A stretch of DNA of 64,000 bases. Source: Paragordius varius. Its lineage: Eukaryota; Animalia; Nematomorpha. The stretch lies in the NCBI GenBank assembly GCA_964247055.1, contig OZ176057.1, positions 6,289,327 through 6,353,326 on the forward strand, given 5' to 3'. The notes below the pieces were generated by a model that made no database searches, had not been told where the DNA came from, and saw only the letters and a program-made list of their open reading frames with translations. A program made the translations under genes and the position numbers. Below are positions 1 to 11,868 of the stretch, in pieces; positions within the stretch are counted from its first letter, which is position 1, and the number at the start of each line of letters is the position of its first letter.

Positions 1-148
1 AAAATTCGTGTTTTACAAGTATTCGCGGGAGATCCATTATAGAACTATTATATGTTTTTTAAAAAGGCCACCAAAAACATAATTTGGTTATATATTTTAC
101 CGTAAAAGTTATAGGTAATTCAATGAAACAATTAGATGTGCATACCTA

Positions 149-518
149 CAGCAAGTCATTGGCCGACCATTGATCGGTGGCCTCTTTGCGCAAAGAGATT
201 TGTAAAAAATCGGTGAAAGCTCTCGAAATAGATTTTGGCAAAGTTGGAGTCCTTGTTTCGATAATTTTATGTGATATCTAACTGAAAATGAAGAGGGAAT
301 TCAAAGATAAATTTAATTTCCAAACTCCACTTTATGCCAGCGTATGGAGGGTTTCCTTCAACTAATTTGATTAATATTATTCCAAAGGACCAAATGCACT
401 TTGCAACATTAGAGTCTCGACAGAGCATATCGTAGGCCATGTAAAATGGCGTTCCGACGATGTCTGAAGTAAAATTGGTTGAACGGAAGCAGGAAATACC
501 AAAGTCAACCATATCCAT
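149..518 (-). pseudogene. STE20/PAK-like kinase C-lobe fragment, type A copy 1
   Basis: MVDFG..IVGTPFYMAYDML..(frameshift)IWSFGIILIKLVEGNPPY, then a second exon resembling RAFTDF..L.K..R.SANDLL (subdomains VII-XI). No N-lobe or HRD loop in frame. Confidence 0.75.
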
Positions 519-2130
519 AAAATAGATTAAATAAACGCCTTTTTCTCATATCAAAGTTTAAATGTTATGAAACAATGGGCTAAAATAAAAAATTAATTAA
601 TCAAAATATGTTTAATATAATTTGCGTAATTTAAGGCGTTTGATTAGTAATACAACTACGTATGATATGATTCGTATAACTTTATTTAAATTTGATTAAC
701 CATGATAAATGTCATCAAACTAAAACACACAAAAATATATAATATGTTTAATAGCACAACAAATGAGATTCAAATGATTTTTCAATCGTACAACTAAGCC
801 ATAATGAATAATGATGAAAGATGGTATGAAACTAGCGGCAACCTAAATAGTGGCGGAACGATAGTCTATAACCATTAATCGAAATATTTATAAAAATTCA
901 ATAATCCAAAACTAAGACGATATTTAAAATGTTGTTGCACTAAAGACGATCAACAATTATCACATAAATTCTATCGACGAAAAAATAATTGAGAAAAACT
1001 TATAAAAACTAAATGGCGCCTTGAATCTACCATTAATATACATAAAAATTCTGTCATACAATATTTAATACATGGTTTTACTTTGGAAGAAATAGCGATT
1101 GTGATAAAAGATATACCATTTGCACTTATAGAGTGTCGTTGAACACTTAAAGTTGGTCCTTAAACATTTCATTTTGTCCTTAAACAGTTGAAGTTGGTCC
1201 TTAAAATTTTTAAGATTTATTTAACCATTAAGTAATAATTTCAAATTAAACTAAGTGTATCAATTACATTTTTTATTAAACCAAGACCCTAAGGGATTTA
1301 TTACTAATAAATAATAAAATTTATAAAATATGATTCTCTTTCTAAATAAATATTTAACGTTTTGTCTTTATAAAGAATTTTTAGGCATGCATTTTGTCCT
1401 TTATTTTTATTATTTCAAATTAAACGGTTGTTGGCAGTAAGGAAAAATATAAAATGCAATAAATAATTTTTAGCATATACCAGAATTTATTTAACATATT
1501 GTCTATAAAAATACAGAGAAAATTATGGTCTAAAAAACTATACTGGAAAGGAAAGTTTTTAAATTTTATTCCCCAAGTCTCAAAGTCCCAACATTGTGTA
1601 AAAAGTGCGCACTTTATGTGCATGAAAAAATCTATTCGTCCTTCGAAACTTTATGTGCGCCCCGCCATAAATTTGAACATTCATATTTAACAATAGTAAA
1701 CTCACAAAGTCTTATTAATCACAATATTTCTTAAACAATTTTTTTAAATTGATCAATTTAATTAGCAGGGACTAGAAAAATTGTTAAATTGCGTTTACAT
1801 TTTTCAGTCTTTTGTTTGAAATCGAATAAATTCAATATAAATGCCCATATATATTTCGAATCCTGCTCACTAGATATTTTCAGCTAAAAATGCAGCCCGC
1901 GAAACCATTTGTGTTAAACAGTCCTATTCTAGTAATTTGTATTTTTGCATTTAAAGGTTTCTAATACTACATTTACAATAATTATTCTTAACTTGAACGG
2001 AAGCGTTAAAATGAGTAAATTTATTTCAATACAAATTTATTTTTGAGTGTAAAATCAAAAAACTAAACTTGTCCGGTTTATCAATTAATCGTTTGCATTA
2101 TACCAAACACTTTATTAAATACTGTATTAT

Positions 2131-2510
2131 ATGGTTGATTTTTGCATTTCCTGCTTCCGTTCAACCAACTTTACTCCATACATTGTTGGTACACGCCTTC
2201 TTTATATGGCATGCGATATGCTCTGTCAAGACGCCTATGATTACAAAGTGGACATTTGGATCTTGGGAATTATAACAATCAAATTAGTTGAAGGCAACAA
2301 CTCTCCAAACGTTGACATTTAGCGGAATCAATCAATTATACTATTTATTATTTAATATTCTACCTTCATTTTTGTTAGATACTACATAAATCATCTAAAC
2401 AAGGACACCAACCCTGCCGGAACCAATTTCCACAACTTTCCCTGATTTTCTACAAAACTCTTTGCCCAAAGAGGTCCCGATAGATGGTCAGCCTATGAAT
2501 TTATACATAT
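2131..2510 (+). pseudogene. STE20/PAK-like kinase C-lobe fragment, type B copy 1
   Basis: MVDFC..IVGTRLLYMACDML..YDYKVDIWILGIITIKLVEG, followed by a decayed TFPDFLQNSL.K...RWSAYE segment. Confidence 0.7.
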
Positions 2511-2899
2511 ACACATAATTAATTGACTTCTTTTTTATTGGGTTACCTATTATAAGATTTTTACGGTAAACTATATAAAGATATAATTTTTTTGGTCATA
2601 CCTTTTTTGGAACAATCAATCTCTTTGAGCGCATAGTTAATTCCATCACAGATCAAATACAATTCAAATCATCAAAAAATTTAATACCCATATGGTGTGT
2701 TGAATTACTCCATCAACACAAGTGTATAGTTTAAGTTACAAAATTCGTGTTTTTCAAGTATTAGTGGGAAATCATTTCAAAAAACACATACACTTAGATC
2801 TATTAAATGATTACAAAAAAGGCTTATAAAAACATTATTTGATTATATATTTTACCGTAAAAGTTATAGGCATTTCAATGAAAATATTAATGTGTATAC

Positions 2900-3270
2900 C
2901 TGCAGCAAGTCATTGGCCGACCATCGATCGGTGGCCTCTTTGCGCAAAGAGTTTCTTAAAAAATCGGTGAAAGCTCTCGAAATTGATTTCGGCAGGGTGA
3001 GGATCCCTGTTTTGATGATTTTATGGGATATCTAACTGAAAAGGAAAGTGGAATTTAAAGATAAATCTAATCTCTAAACTCCAATTTATGCCGTATGGAG
3101 GGTTTCCTACAACTAATTTGATCAGTATTATTCCAAAGGACCAAATGCACTTTGCAATCATGAGAGTCTCTACAGAGCATGTCGTAGGACATGTAAAATG
3201 GCGTTCCGACGATGTCTGAAGTAAAATTGGTTGAACGGAAGCAGGAAATACCAAAGTCAACCATATCCAT
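2900..3270 (-). pseudogene. STE20/PAK-like kinase C-lobe fragment, type A copy 2
   Basis: DFGISC..VGTPFYMSYDML, a frameshift, WSFGIILIKLVVGNPPY, then second exon TLPKSISRAFTDFLRNSLRKEATDRWSANDLLQ. Confidence 0.75.
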
Positions 3271-4599
3271 ATAATAGATTAAATGAACGCTTTTTTCTCA
3301 TATCAAAGTTTAAATGTTATGAAACAATGGGCTAAAATGAAAAATTAATTAATCAAAATATTTTTGGTAATTTTCGTAATTTAAGGCATTTGATTAGTAA
3401 TCCAACTACGTATGATATGATTCGTATAACTTTATTTAAATTTGATTAACCCAAATAAATGTCATCAAACTAAAACACACAAAAATATATAATATGTTTA
3501 ATAGCAAACAAATGAAATTCAAATGATTTTTCAATCGTACAACTAAGCCATAATGAATAATGATGAAAGATGGTATGAAACTAGCGGCAACCTAAATAGT
3601 GACAGAATGACAGTCCATAACCATTAATCAAAATATTTATAAAAATTCAATAATCCAAAACCAAGACGATATTAAAATGTTTGTTGCACTGGAGACGATC
3701 AACAATTATCACATAAATTCTATCGACAAAAAAATAATTGAGTAAAACTTATAAAAACTAAATGGCGCCTTGAATCTACCATTAATATACATGATTATTC
3801 TGTCATACAATATCTAATACCTGGTTTTACCTAGGAAGAAATAACGATTGTGATAAAAGATATACCATTTCCACTTATGGAGTAGCCTTAAACACTTCAA
3901 GTTGGTCCTTGAACAGTTGAAGTTGGTCCTTAAAATTTTTACGATTTATTTAACCATTAAGTAATTGCAATTTAATTAAACTAAGTGTATCAATTACTTT
4001 TTTTATTAAAATTTCAAAACCCTAAGGGATTTATTACTATTAAATAATAAAATTTATAAAATATAATTCTCTTTCTAAATAAATATTTAACGTTTTGTCT
4101 TTGTATTTTTAGACAGAATTTTGTCCTTTATTTTTATTATTTTAAATTAAACTGTACAGCAAGAAAAAATATAAAATGCAATAAATTATTTTTAGCATAT
4201 ACCAGAATTTATTTAACATATTGTCAATAAAAATACAGAGAAAATTATGGTCTAAAAAACTATACTGGAAAGGAAAGTTTTTAAATTTCATTCCCCAAGT
4301 CTCAAAGTCCCAACATTGTGTAAAAAATGCGCACTTTATGTGCATGAAAAACCTATTCGTCCTTCGAAACTTTATGTGCGCCCCGCCATAAATTTGGACA
4401 TTCATTAACAATAGTAAACTAACAAAGTCTTATTAATCACAATATTTCGTAAACAATTTTTTTAAATTGATCAATTTAATTAGCAGGGACTAGAAAAATT
4501 GTTAAATTGCGTTTACATTTTTCAGTCTTTTGTTTGAAATCTAATAAATTAATTACAATTGCCCATATATATTTCGAATCCTGCCCGCTAGATATTTTG

Positions 4600-4644
4600 A
4601 ACTAAAAATTTAGCCCGCGAAACCATTTGTGTTGGACAGCCCTA
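4600..4644 (-). mobile_element. hAT/Charlie-like terminal inverted repeat remnant (twin at 1880-1926)
   Basis: The minus strand reads TAGGGCTGTCCAACACAAATGGTTTCGCGGGC, resembling hAT ends (CAGGGxTGTCCAAAC...GCGGGCC). A related end AGGGTTGTCCAAAATAAATGGTTTGGCCGGG lies at ~50432. Confidence 0.45.
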
Positions 4645-4845
4645 TTCTATTAATTTGTTTGTTTTATGCACTAAAAGGCCTCTAATACATTTACAACAAT
4701 ACTCCTTAACTTGAATGGATGCGTTAAAATGAGTAAATTTATTTCAATAAAAATTTATTTTTGAGTGTAAAGATTAAAAAAATAAACTTGTAAGTCGGTT
4801 TATCAATTAATCTATAACATTATACCAAACACACTTTATTAAATA

Positions 4846-5235
4846 ATGTATTATATGGTTGACTTTGGCCTTTCCGTCCTCCGTTCAAGCAACTTTAGTC
4901 CAGACATTGTTGGAACACCCCTTTATATGGCCTACGACATGCTCAGTCTAGATACCTACGATCACAAAGTGTACATTAGGTTCTTGATTGTAATAATCAA
5001 ATTAGTTGAAGGTAACAACCCTCCAAACGTTGACATTTAGCGGAATCACGTAACTATACTATTTATCATTTTTAATTCGACTTTTATTTTTGTTAGATAC
5101 TACATAAAATCATCAAAACAAGAATCCCAACCCTGCCCAAATTAATTTCAACAGTTTTCACTGATTTTTATATGACTTTATGAGCAAACAAGCTACCGAT
5201 AGATGGTCAGCCTATGAATTTATGCATATACACAT
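4846..5235 (+). pseudogene. STE20/PAK-like kinase C-lobe fragment, type B copy 2
   Basis: MVDFGLSVLRSSNFSPDIVGTPLYMAYDMLSLDTYDHKV..IIKLVEGNNPP, with the DIW motif degenerate and a decayed second exon. Confidence 0.7.
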
Positions 5236-5609
5236 AATTAATTGACTTCTTTTTTATTGGGTTACCTATTATAAGATTTTTACGGTAAACTATATAAAGA
5301 TATAATTTTTTTGGTCATACCTTTTTTAAAACAATCAATCTCTCCGAATTAATAGCGCATAGTTAATTCCATCACAGATCGATTCCAATTCAAATCTGCA
5401 AAAAATTAATACCCATATGGTGTGTTGAATTACTCCATCAACACAAGTGTGTTGTTTAAACAAAATTCGTGTTTTACAAGTATTCGCGGGAGATCCATTT
5501 ACATATAGATCTATTATATGTTTTAAAAAAGGCTTCCAAAAAATTTTTTGGTTATATAGTTTACCGTAAAAGTTATAGGTAATTTCATGAATAATTAGAT
5601 GTGCATACC

Positions 5610-5972
5610 CGCGGCAAGTCATTGGCCGACCATTGATCGGTGGCCTCTTTGCGCAAAAAGTTTTGTAAAAAATCGGTGAAAGCTTTCGAAATAGATTTCG
5701 GTAGGGTGGGGATCCCTGTTTTATGATTTTATGTGATATCTAACTGAAAATGAAGGTAGATTTTAAAGATAAATCTAATTTCCAAACTCCACTTTATGCC
5801 GTATGGAGGGTTTCCTACAACTAATTTGATTAGTATTATTCCAAAGGACCAAATCCACTTTGCAATCATAAGAGTCTTGACAGAGCATGTCGTAGGCCAT
5901 GTAAAATGGCGTTCCGACGATGTCTGAAGTAAAATTGGTTGAACGGAAGCAGGAAATACCAAAGTCAACCAT
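5610..5972 (-). pseudogene. STE20/PAK-like kinase C-lobe fragment, type A copy 3
   Basis: MVDFG..VGTPFYMAYDMLCQDSYDCKVD, then a frameshift to WSFGIILIKLVVGNPPY. Second exon as in the other A copies. Confidence 0.75.
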
Positions 5973-6239
5973 ATATTATTTAGTAAATACTTTTTTTCTT
6001 ATATTTTTGCCAAATTCGCTAAAATATTTGAGTAAATCGCAATAGAAATAATTAGAAATCAAGATATCTTTGGTATAATTATAGCGAATTTTTGCCGTCC
6101 TAGAATATATTTTATTTGTATTGAAAAAAGACGTCTGATTCAAATACAACCAACCTGTTATATAATACACGATTGTTGGTAACTTTATTATAATTAAAAT
6201 AATTACACCAACAATACAACCATTTTTACCCAAAACAAA

Positions 6240-7830
6240 ACTAAAATATATATCATATTTTTAATAGCAAAACAAGTGAAATGCAAATAGATTTTCAATC
6301 GCTAGATTAATTGCATGATCAAACTGCAAACCATAATAAATAATGGTGAGAGATGGTATGGAAGATAAAAGAGAAACCAGTCGAAACCTTAATGGTGACG
6401 AAATGATAGCGTGAAATCCTTACTTGCAAGAAAGAATGACATTCATAAATGATGTTAATGATTAAAACATGTATATTAATATAAAAAACTGCTGAACAGC
6501 ACAAGTAAAGACCTAAAACTGGATTAAGACATATGAAAATATTTATAGAATTTGAATAGTTGGCTGCATTAGATTAACAATATAATTATGTTCCTAGCGA
6601 CGAAGAAATAATCGAGAAATTTTAAATACTAATTTAAACCTTGAATCTGAGATCAATAGATATAAAAATTTGGTCATACGAGGTTTCATCCTACATGATT
6701 TTACCACAGAAGAAATTGTGTTTTTAATAAAAGATATGGAATCAAAAACAAAATTACCGCTTAAATAATATCTGCATAAACAAATGAGGTACTCCGATAA
6801 GACTTAAATTTTTAAAAGAGCTGTTTTATTCGATATATTAAAGCTACGCAATTCCTGGTAGGAAAGCCATATTTAACCCATCTATAAAAATATAAATGCC
6901 TTAAATTGCTCCAACTATCAGCCAGTAAGAATTTTAAAACACAGTATATCAAAATATAACAATAATTAAAAATAAATTCTCTTTCCAAGGGAGTGAATTT
7001 ACTTAGAGAATACATATTCAAATAAATTGGCTGCAAGACATCTTTATAATTTTGAGAACATTGAAACCATTTTTCCTATGACATCTTAACACTAGATTTG
7101 GTCACATAAACTAATCCTGTATAGACTCATCTGCTGAATAAATTTTTTTATTACTGCCCTCAACCGAAAGAGGCCTAAAAACATCTTGTCGCACACCAAA
7201 CAAGATTTTAAAATTTTATATTCCACAAGATGAACAAAATACCATAAATATCGAATGGAATACCTTTATATGGGCCAAACAAATAATTTTTAATATATCA
7301 TTCTTGTAGTATGATAACCAGTGCAAATAAATTCATATGTATGGTTTTATTTTATTATTTAATTTATGATATATTACATTTCATTCTTTTGTAGACGATA
7401 TATTTTTTGGGTCCTTATATACTCCACCTTGTATAGAAACTTTTGTTTAAAAATTGTTTTGGAAAAATCAATATCAAACATTATTCTATATTAGATAAAA
7501 AAGCTTTTTTAGAGTTTTTCTACAAAGATATCACCAAAACTTGATTTAAAAAGCTGATTGTTTCAATACCATATCCGCCGCTAAATGTATGAAGTTTTTT
7601 AAATTTAATTATTGGTTATTTAACCATTATACATACTGTGCATAAAATCGGGTGATATAAATAGCAAAAATTTATGGTGCTCTTGTTTTTTGGCTTTACG
7701 ACTTTTGTGATTGACCCATATCGAAAAGAGCGCACATTATATATAAAAATTTATATGGTTAAAATCAAAGGTTTCATTCCAAAAAATATTAAATAATATC
7801 TAAACTATATTTGAGCAAAACATATATTAA
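6240..7830. repeat. Dispersed degenerate repeat; inverted copy at ~37530-39250, related copies at ~720-1140, ~3470-3880 and ~45760-47060
   Basis: For example GAAGAGGCCTAAAAACA (7170) vs TTTTAGGCCTCTTTCGGTTGAGGGCAG (38280), and CATAAAATCGGGTGATATAAATAG (7641) vs ATATCACCCGATTTTATG (37692). Confidence 0.8.
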
Positions 7831-10097
7831 AATTATTTGATCCCTCAAATGGAAGAGTTTTCTAATAATAAAATAAAACATGTTGGATTTGCACAACAAT
7901 TTATACTATAACATAAAAAACTTTTGAGGAAATGCATACTTTGAGCAAAAAATTTAGATAAAATTTTGTTAAAGCATGACCGCGTGGTGAAAAATGTTTT
8001 AAAAGCTTTTAGGTCCAAAACTATATGACCGGATGTTTATCATTTATATCGCATCAGAGTTTTTACTAGATAATTAATAAACAATCAAACCAAAATGGGA
8101 CTGTTATAGTTAGGTATTTTATTGTTTATATCCGTATCAAATCATTAGTATATATTGCTTATTAACCAATTAATAAAAATGCTTTAATAATTGTTTTACC
8201 CCGTAATGTGTAAGGTTGAAAGCTATGACTGCGTGAAAGTTTAACAATAACACGGCAAACCGCAATTCTTACTATTTTGGTATTTCAATTTAAACCAAAT
8301 ACCGGATAAAATAGAATCAATTTATGTCGCTAACATCCAGGTTTTTATTCTCTAGATTTTAGTATTTACAGTGGAAATTAATAATCTCCTCCTGAGTTTT
8401 CATTGGTTTCTGGCCCCTCCAGCCAAAGTTTCATATGTATATTTAAAATATAATAGGATGTAAAATATTCTAACTCTTTTATAACGTAATAACTCAGTTA
8501 AGAAGTCCAGTTTATACACGATTCTGCTTTGAATGTAATATAGCCCGTTCTATCCTACTCGCCCCGCCTTTCCTAGGCTACTGTGTGTATGTCTAATGCA
8601 AAAAGTTGGTATAGTTAGGTTTATAGCATCCCTATTTTGTGTATCTTAAAAAGTTTTTCTGCACCATAAAATAGCTATTAATTATTTCCACTTCATTGCC
8701 TCTTCACTTTTTTTGTCCCAGTATTGGGGGCAGTTTTTCAAGAACTTAATTTTGTAACTAACCATAGTTTATAAAGTTATTTTAGTTAAAATTTAATTAT
8801 CAAACATTTTTTTTCTAGATAAAAAGCTAATATTTTTACAGTTTACCAACAAAAATCAGCTCCGATACACGATTGAAATTAACACTTGATATTAAAATTA
8901 AAATATATCAAGTTTTTTAGGTATAATGTAGCTTGGAAATTTTAATATTAATTGGTCACATTTAACTAAAATATATATCGCCTGTTAAGCGACATAAAAA
9001 ATATGGCTAAAATAAGTTTGAGATGTTACATATTAAAAAAGTTGTTTTGGCTTACTACATAATGATTCAGATCCACAAATTTTAAACCGCTAGACAAAAC
9101 TACTCAAAGAGGAAATGGAGTGTTAACACATGGATACACCATATTCATTTTAATCCTTTGATTCAAATTGTGGTAATTGGATACCCCAGGCCTGTTTAAA
9201 ATTAAATACTTTTAAAAAAATCAAAATCATGACAATACTTTGCATCTTAACATTAATAAACCAAAACATATAAAAAATTTTATTCAAGAATACTTCATAT
9301 TACTTATTTTAATGTTAAAACCGTGTGCAATAGCTAAATTAAAAAATAATACAAAATACACCACTTTTTCTATTTCTACTAATGATAGATGTAATTTATA
9401 TAAATCTTTTAAAGTTAGAATCAAATAACCACCGTTTTTTGCAAAACTTTAGTAAAAAAATCGAGCCGAAGTAGATTGACATGGAACTTTTTTTCAAAAC
9501 AAAATTTTATTTAGACATTTTGGCTTTTATATATAATTTTTATTAGGAAGCATAAATTTAAATTGGGACGGCTTCCTACAGTAGTTTTACAAAAATATCA
9601 ATTTTGGAGTATTTTGATACCCAAATTGGATCGAATTGTGAATTTAGTTGACATTTATTCTCAGAAACAAAATAGAAATACGTTAAATTACGCTCTTATG
9701 TTATATCTAAATTGTTACACTAAATTTAATAGTAAAATGTTTATTAATATAAAAATATTTTAATGTATTCTTTTTTGTATTGCTCCAACTTTTGAAAAAA
9801 TATTTTAAAATAAATACAAAACGAAGGCCTATCATTTTTTAAAAATAAAAACTCTTGAATGACATACAATTATGGTTCAAAATAAATTTTTAAACTTCAA
9901 ACAAAATTAAATTTTAAATGGCTATTTATGCGTTTATCAACGTTATAATCAATTTTTAGCCTCTCATATCATTTTTAATAATATAATTTAATTTAAAATA
10001 AACTTTTATCCCAACAAGCTATTTTTATCAAGGATGATATCGTGCTTCTTTAGGATTTCTAGTGGTTTTATTTTTAAATATTTGAATAAATTATCGC

Positions 10098-10859
10098 ATG
10101 TTTTCAGCCCTTGATAAATATTTAGATTTGGAATTAGAAAATACCAAGTTTATATATATTTCCAAAGAAAACAACAGTGGAAATTGTTTCATACTACATT
10201 TTTTACATAAATATTTAGCCGAGAACACATTTGTTTTATTTCTTCATTCCAATCACTCCTTCAATCATTATTACCTGAATCTTTTAAAAATTGGAAAAAA
10301 TTTACAAAACTACAAATCAACCAAGAATATCATATTTTACGATTTAACAAAAGCAGACCTCGATAATGTTTTAACTGATACGATCAAACATATAACGGAT
10401 TCTAACACAAAATGTTATGTATTAATTGACGATCTCCATTTATTATTTTCCTTGCATGATGAATCTGTTTATAAAATTTTGGCATTCTTACAAACAATCA
10501 TTGCCCTTTCAAAACGACAAAATAGTTTATTAACCCAAATAATTATCACCAGTTTTACTAATTATTCCCCAAAAATATTTTGCCAAGAAAATATTTTAGA
10601 TGCTTTTTGTAACAAAATGTGTGACTTAAAATTACATGCCCTAACCCTTAAATCCGGACAAACTGTCGAAGCTTCTGGAAAAGTAATATTTTTAATAAAT
10701 TTAACACTTTTTTATGTCAAATAGTTGATTGTTTCCTATAAAAACATGGACTTGTCAAACATTTTCTCAATCTCATCTGAAGAGCAAACCGCACTCAACA
10801 AAGTACAAAGTTTCATATATACCGTCACTGAAAGAAATTTACATCTCAAGATTGTTTAA
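10098..10859 (+). CDS. ELP6: Elongator complex protein 6 (2 exons: 10098-10682, 10725-10859; 239 aa)
   Basis: RecA-like ELP6 pattern: FILHFLHKYL, HSFNHY..LLKIGKNL, VLIDDL, DLKLHALTLKSGQTVEASGK|LIV and C-terminal FIYTVTERNL. A 42-nt GT-AG intron at 10683-10724 restores the frame. Confidence 0.85.
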
Positions 10860-11199
10860 TTTACCTATTCGATACAAATTAATTTATTTATATCTGAAAT
10901 AAATATTAAATTTTATTGATTTACATATTCATATGACCAAAACCATTTTTTGTGAACAAAGATATATTATTTTGTCAAAATTATATTTTTTAATCCAAAT
11001 ACTTAAATTTTATTAAATTATATACAATTAAAAAAGCTTATTAAAATAAATTATACCAAAATAGATTTGGGTTTTACTAAAAAAAATAAAGCTTTCGAGC
11101 ATATTTTGCCCAAAAGTTTTAATTTTTTCGCTGAAAATCATTTTTCTCCATTTTTTTAATAAAGATACATAATTAACCTAAAACAAATAATTATAATTA

Positions 11200-11472
11200 C
11201 AGTAAAATTAAAAATTATACGGACAAAACGTAATCTTATAAGGCAAATATTTTTATTTATAAAGAGGACCATACTTTTATATACCTTAATATTTCCTATA
11301 TAAGCTATTTAGTTAGAATTGTAAATGGATTTGACTGGGTTAATAAATATCTTTATTTAACACTTTACCATTTAAAACAAGGAGTTTAATTGAATTAAAT
11401 TAAGGTTTAAAAGTATTGTATTTTATATTTTTAGATTTTTACGTTTTGTCTTTATAATTTCAGTTTTTACTT
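11200..11472. mobile_element. MITE, TA-flanked CAGT...ACTG family
   Basis: Left end TACAGTAAAATTAAAAATTATACGGACAAAACGTAA; right end TTACGTTTTGTCTTTATAATTTCAGTTTTTACT (inverted). Confidence 0.75.
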
Positions 11473-11868
11473 TAATACTATATCATACTTAAACCTTTCG
11501 TATATATTTCCATATATTTAACCTAAAAATTATCTCAATAAATGCTTTGCATGATCCTATAAATAAAATATAATTGGTTTTTATAAATCAAATAAAAACA
11601 ATTTTAGAATTAAATGAAAACTAGGGCATCTCAATTTAAAGTTAAAATGTCATTAGAACCATTTTATAATTATAAACCTCTGTAAAATTCAATCAAAAAA
11701 AGTGGAATTAATTAATTTGAAACCCTTTTTTAAAAAAAATTGATTAAAGCAAAACAGAATCTACAAAGACTTGTAATTACAAAACATTAAATGTTAAATC
11801 ACTTAAAACAATTCAATTTATTGAATAATCTTTCTTATTTATAATTACACACATATGAACGTATTTAT

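Larger units (their letters stand above)
1..5972. repeat. Tandem array of ~2.73 kb units (2.2 copies visible), each carrying a convergent kinase-fragment pair
   Basis: The same start sequence AAATTCGTGTTTT(A)CAAGTATT recurs at ~1, ~2740 and ~5462. Internal blocks (e.g. GAAAGATGGTATGAAACTAGCGGCAACCTAAATAG at ~817 and ~3566) recur with the same period. The array probably continues left of the window. Confidence 0.9.

Noticed and set aside
1420-1690. ORFs 1420-1623, 1499-1690 and 4142-4411
   Set aside because: They lie in a repeated block with hAT-like terminal motifs, are not conserved in frame between copies, and show no recognisable domain.
2069-2275. ORFs 2069-2275, 3021-3260, 5729-5968, 24100-24312, 24479-24718, 5335-5622
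   Set aside because: Alternative-frame or antisense readings of the kinase fragments and their tails, not separate genes.
8480-8640. Minus-strand GKAGRVG resembling SF2 helicase motif VI
   Set aside because: Flanked by stops, spacing to an upstream motif V-like segment is too short, and no other helicase motifs are nearby.
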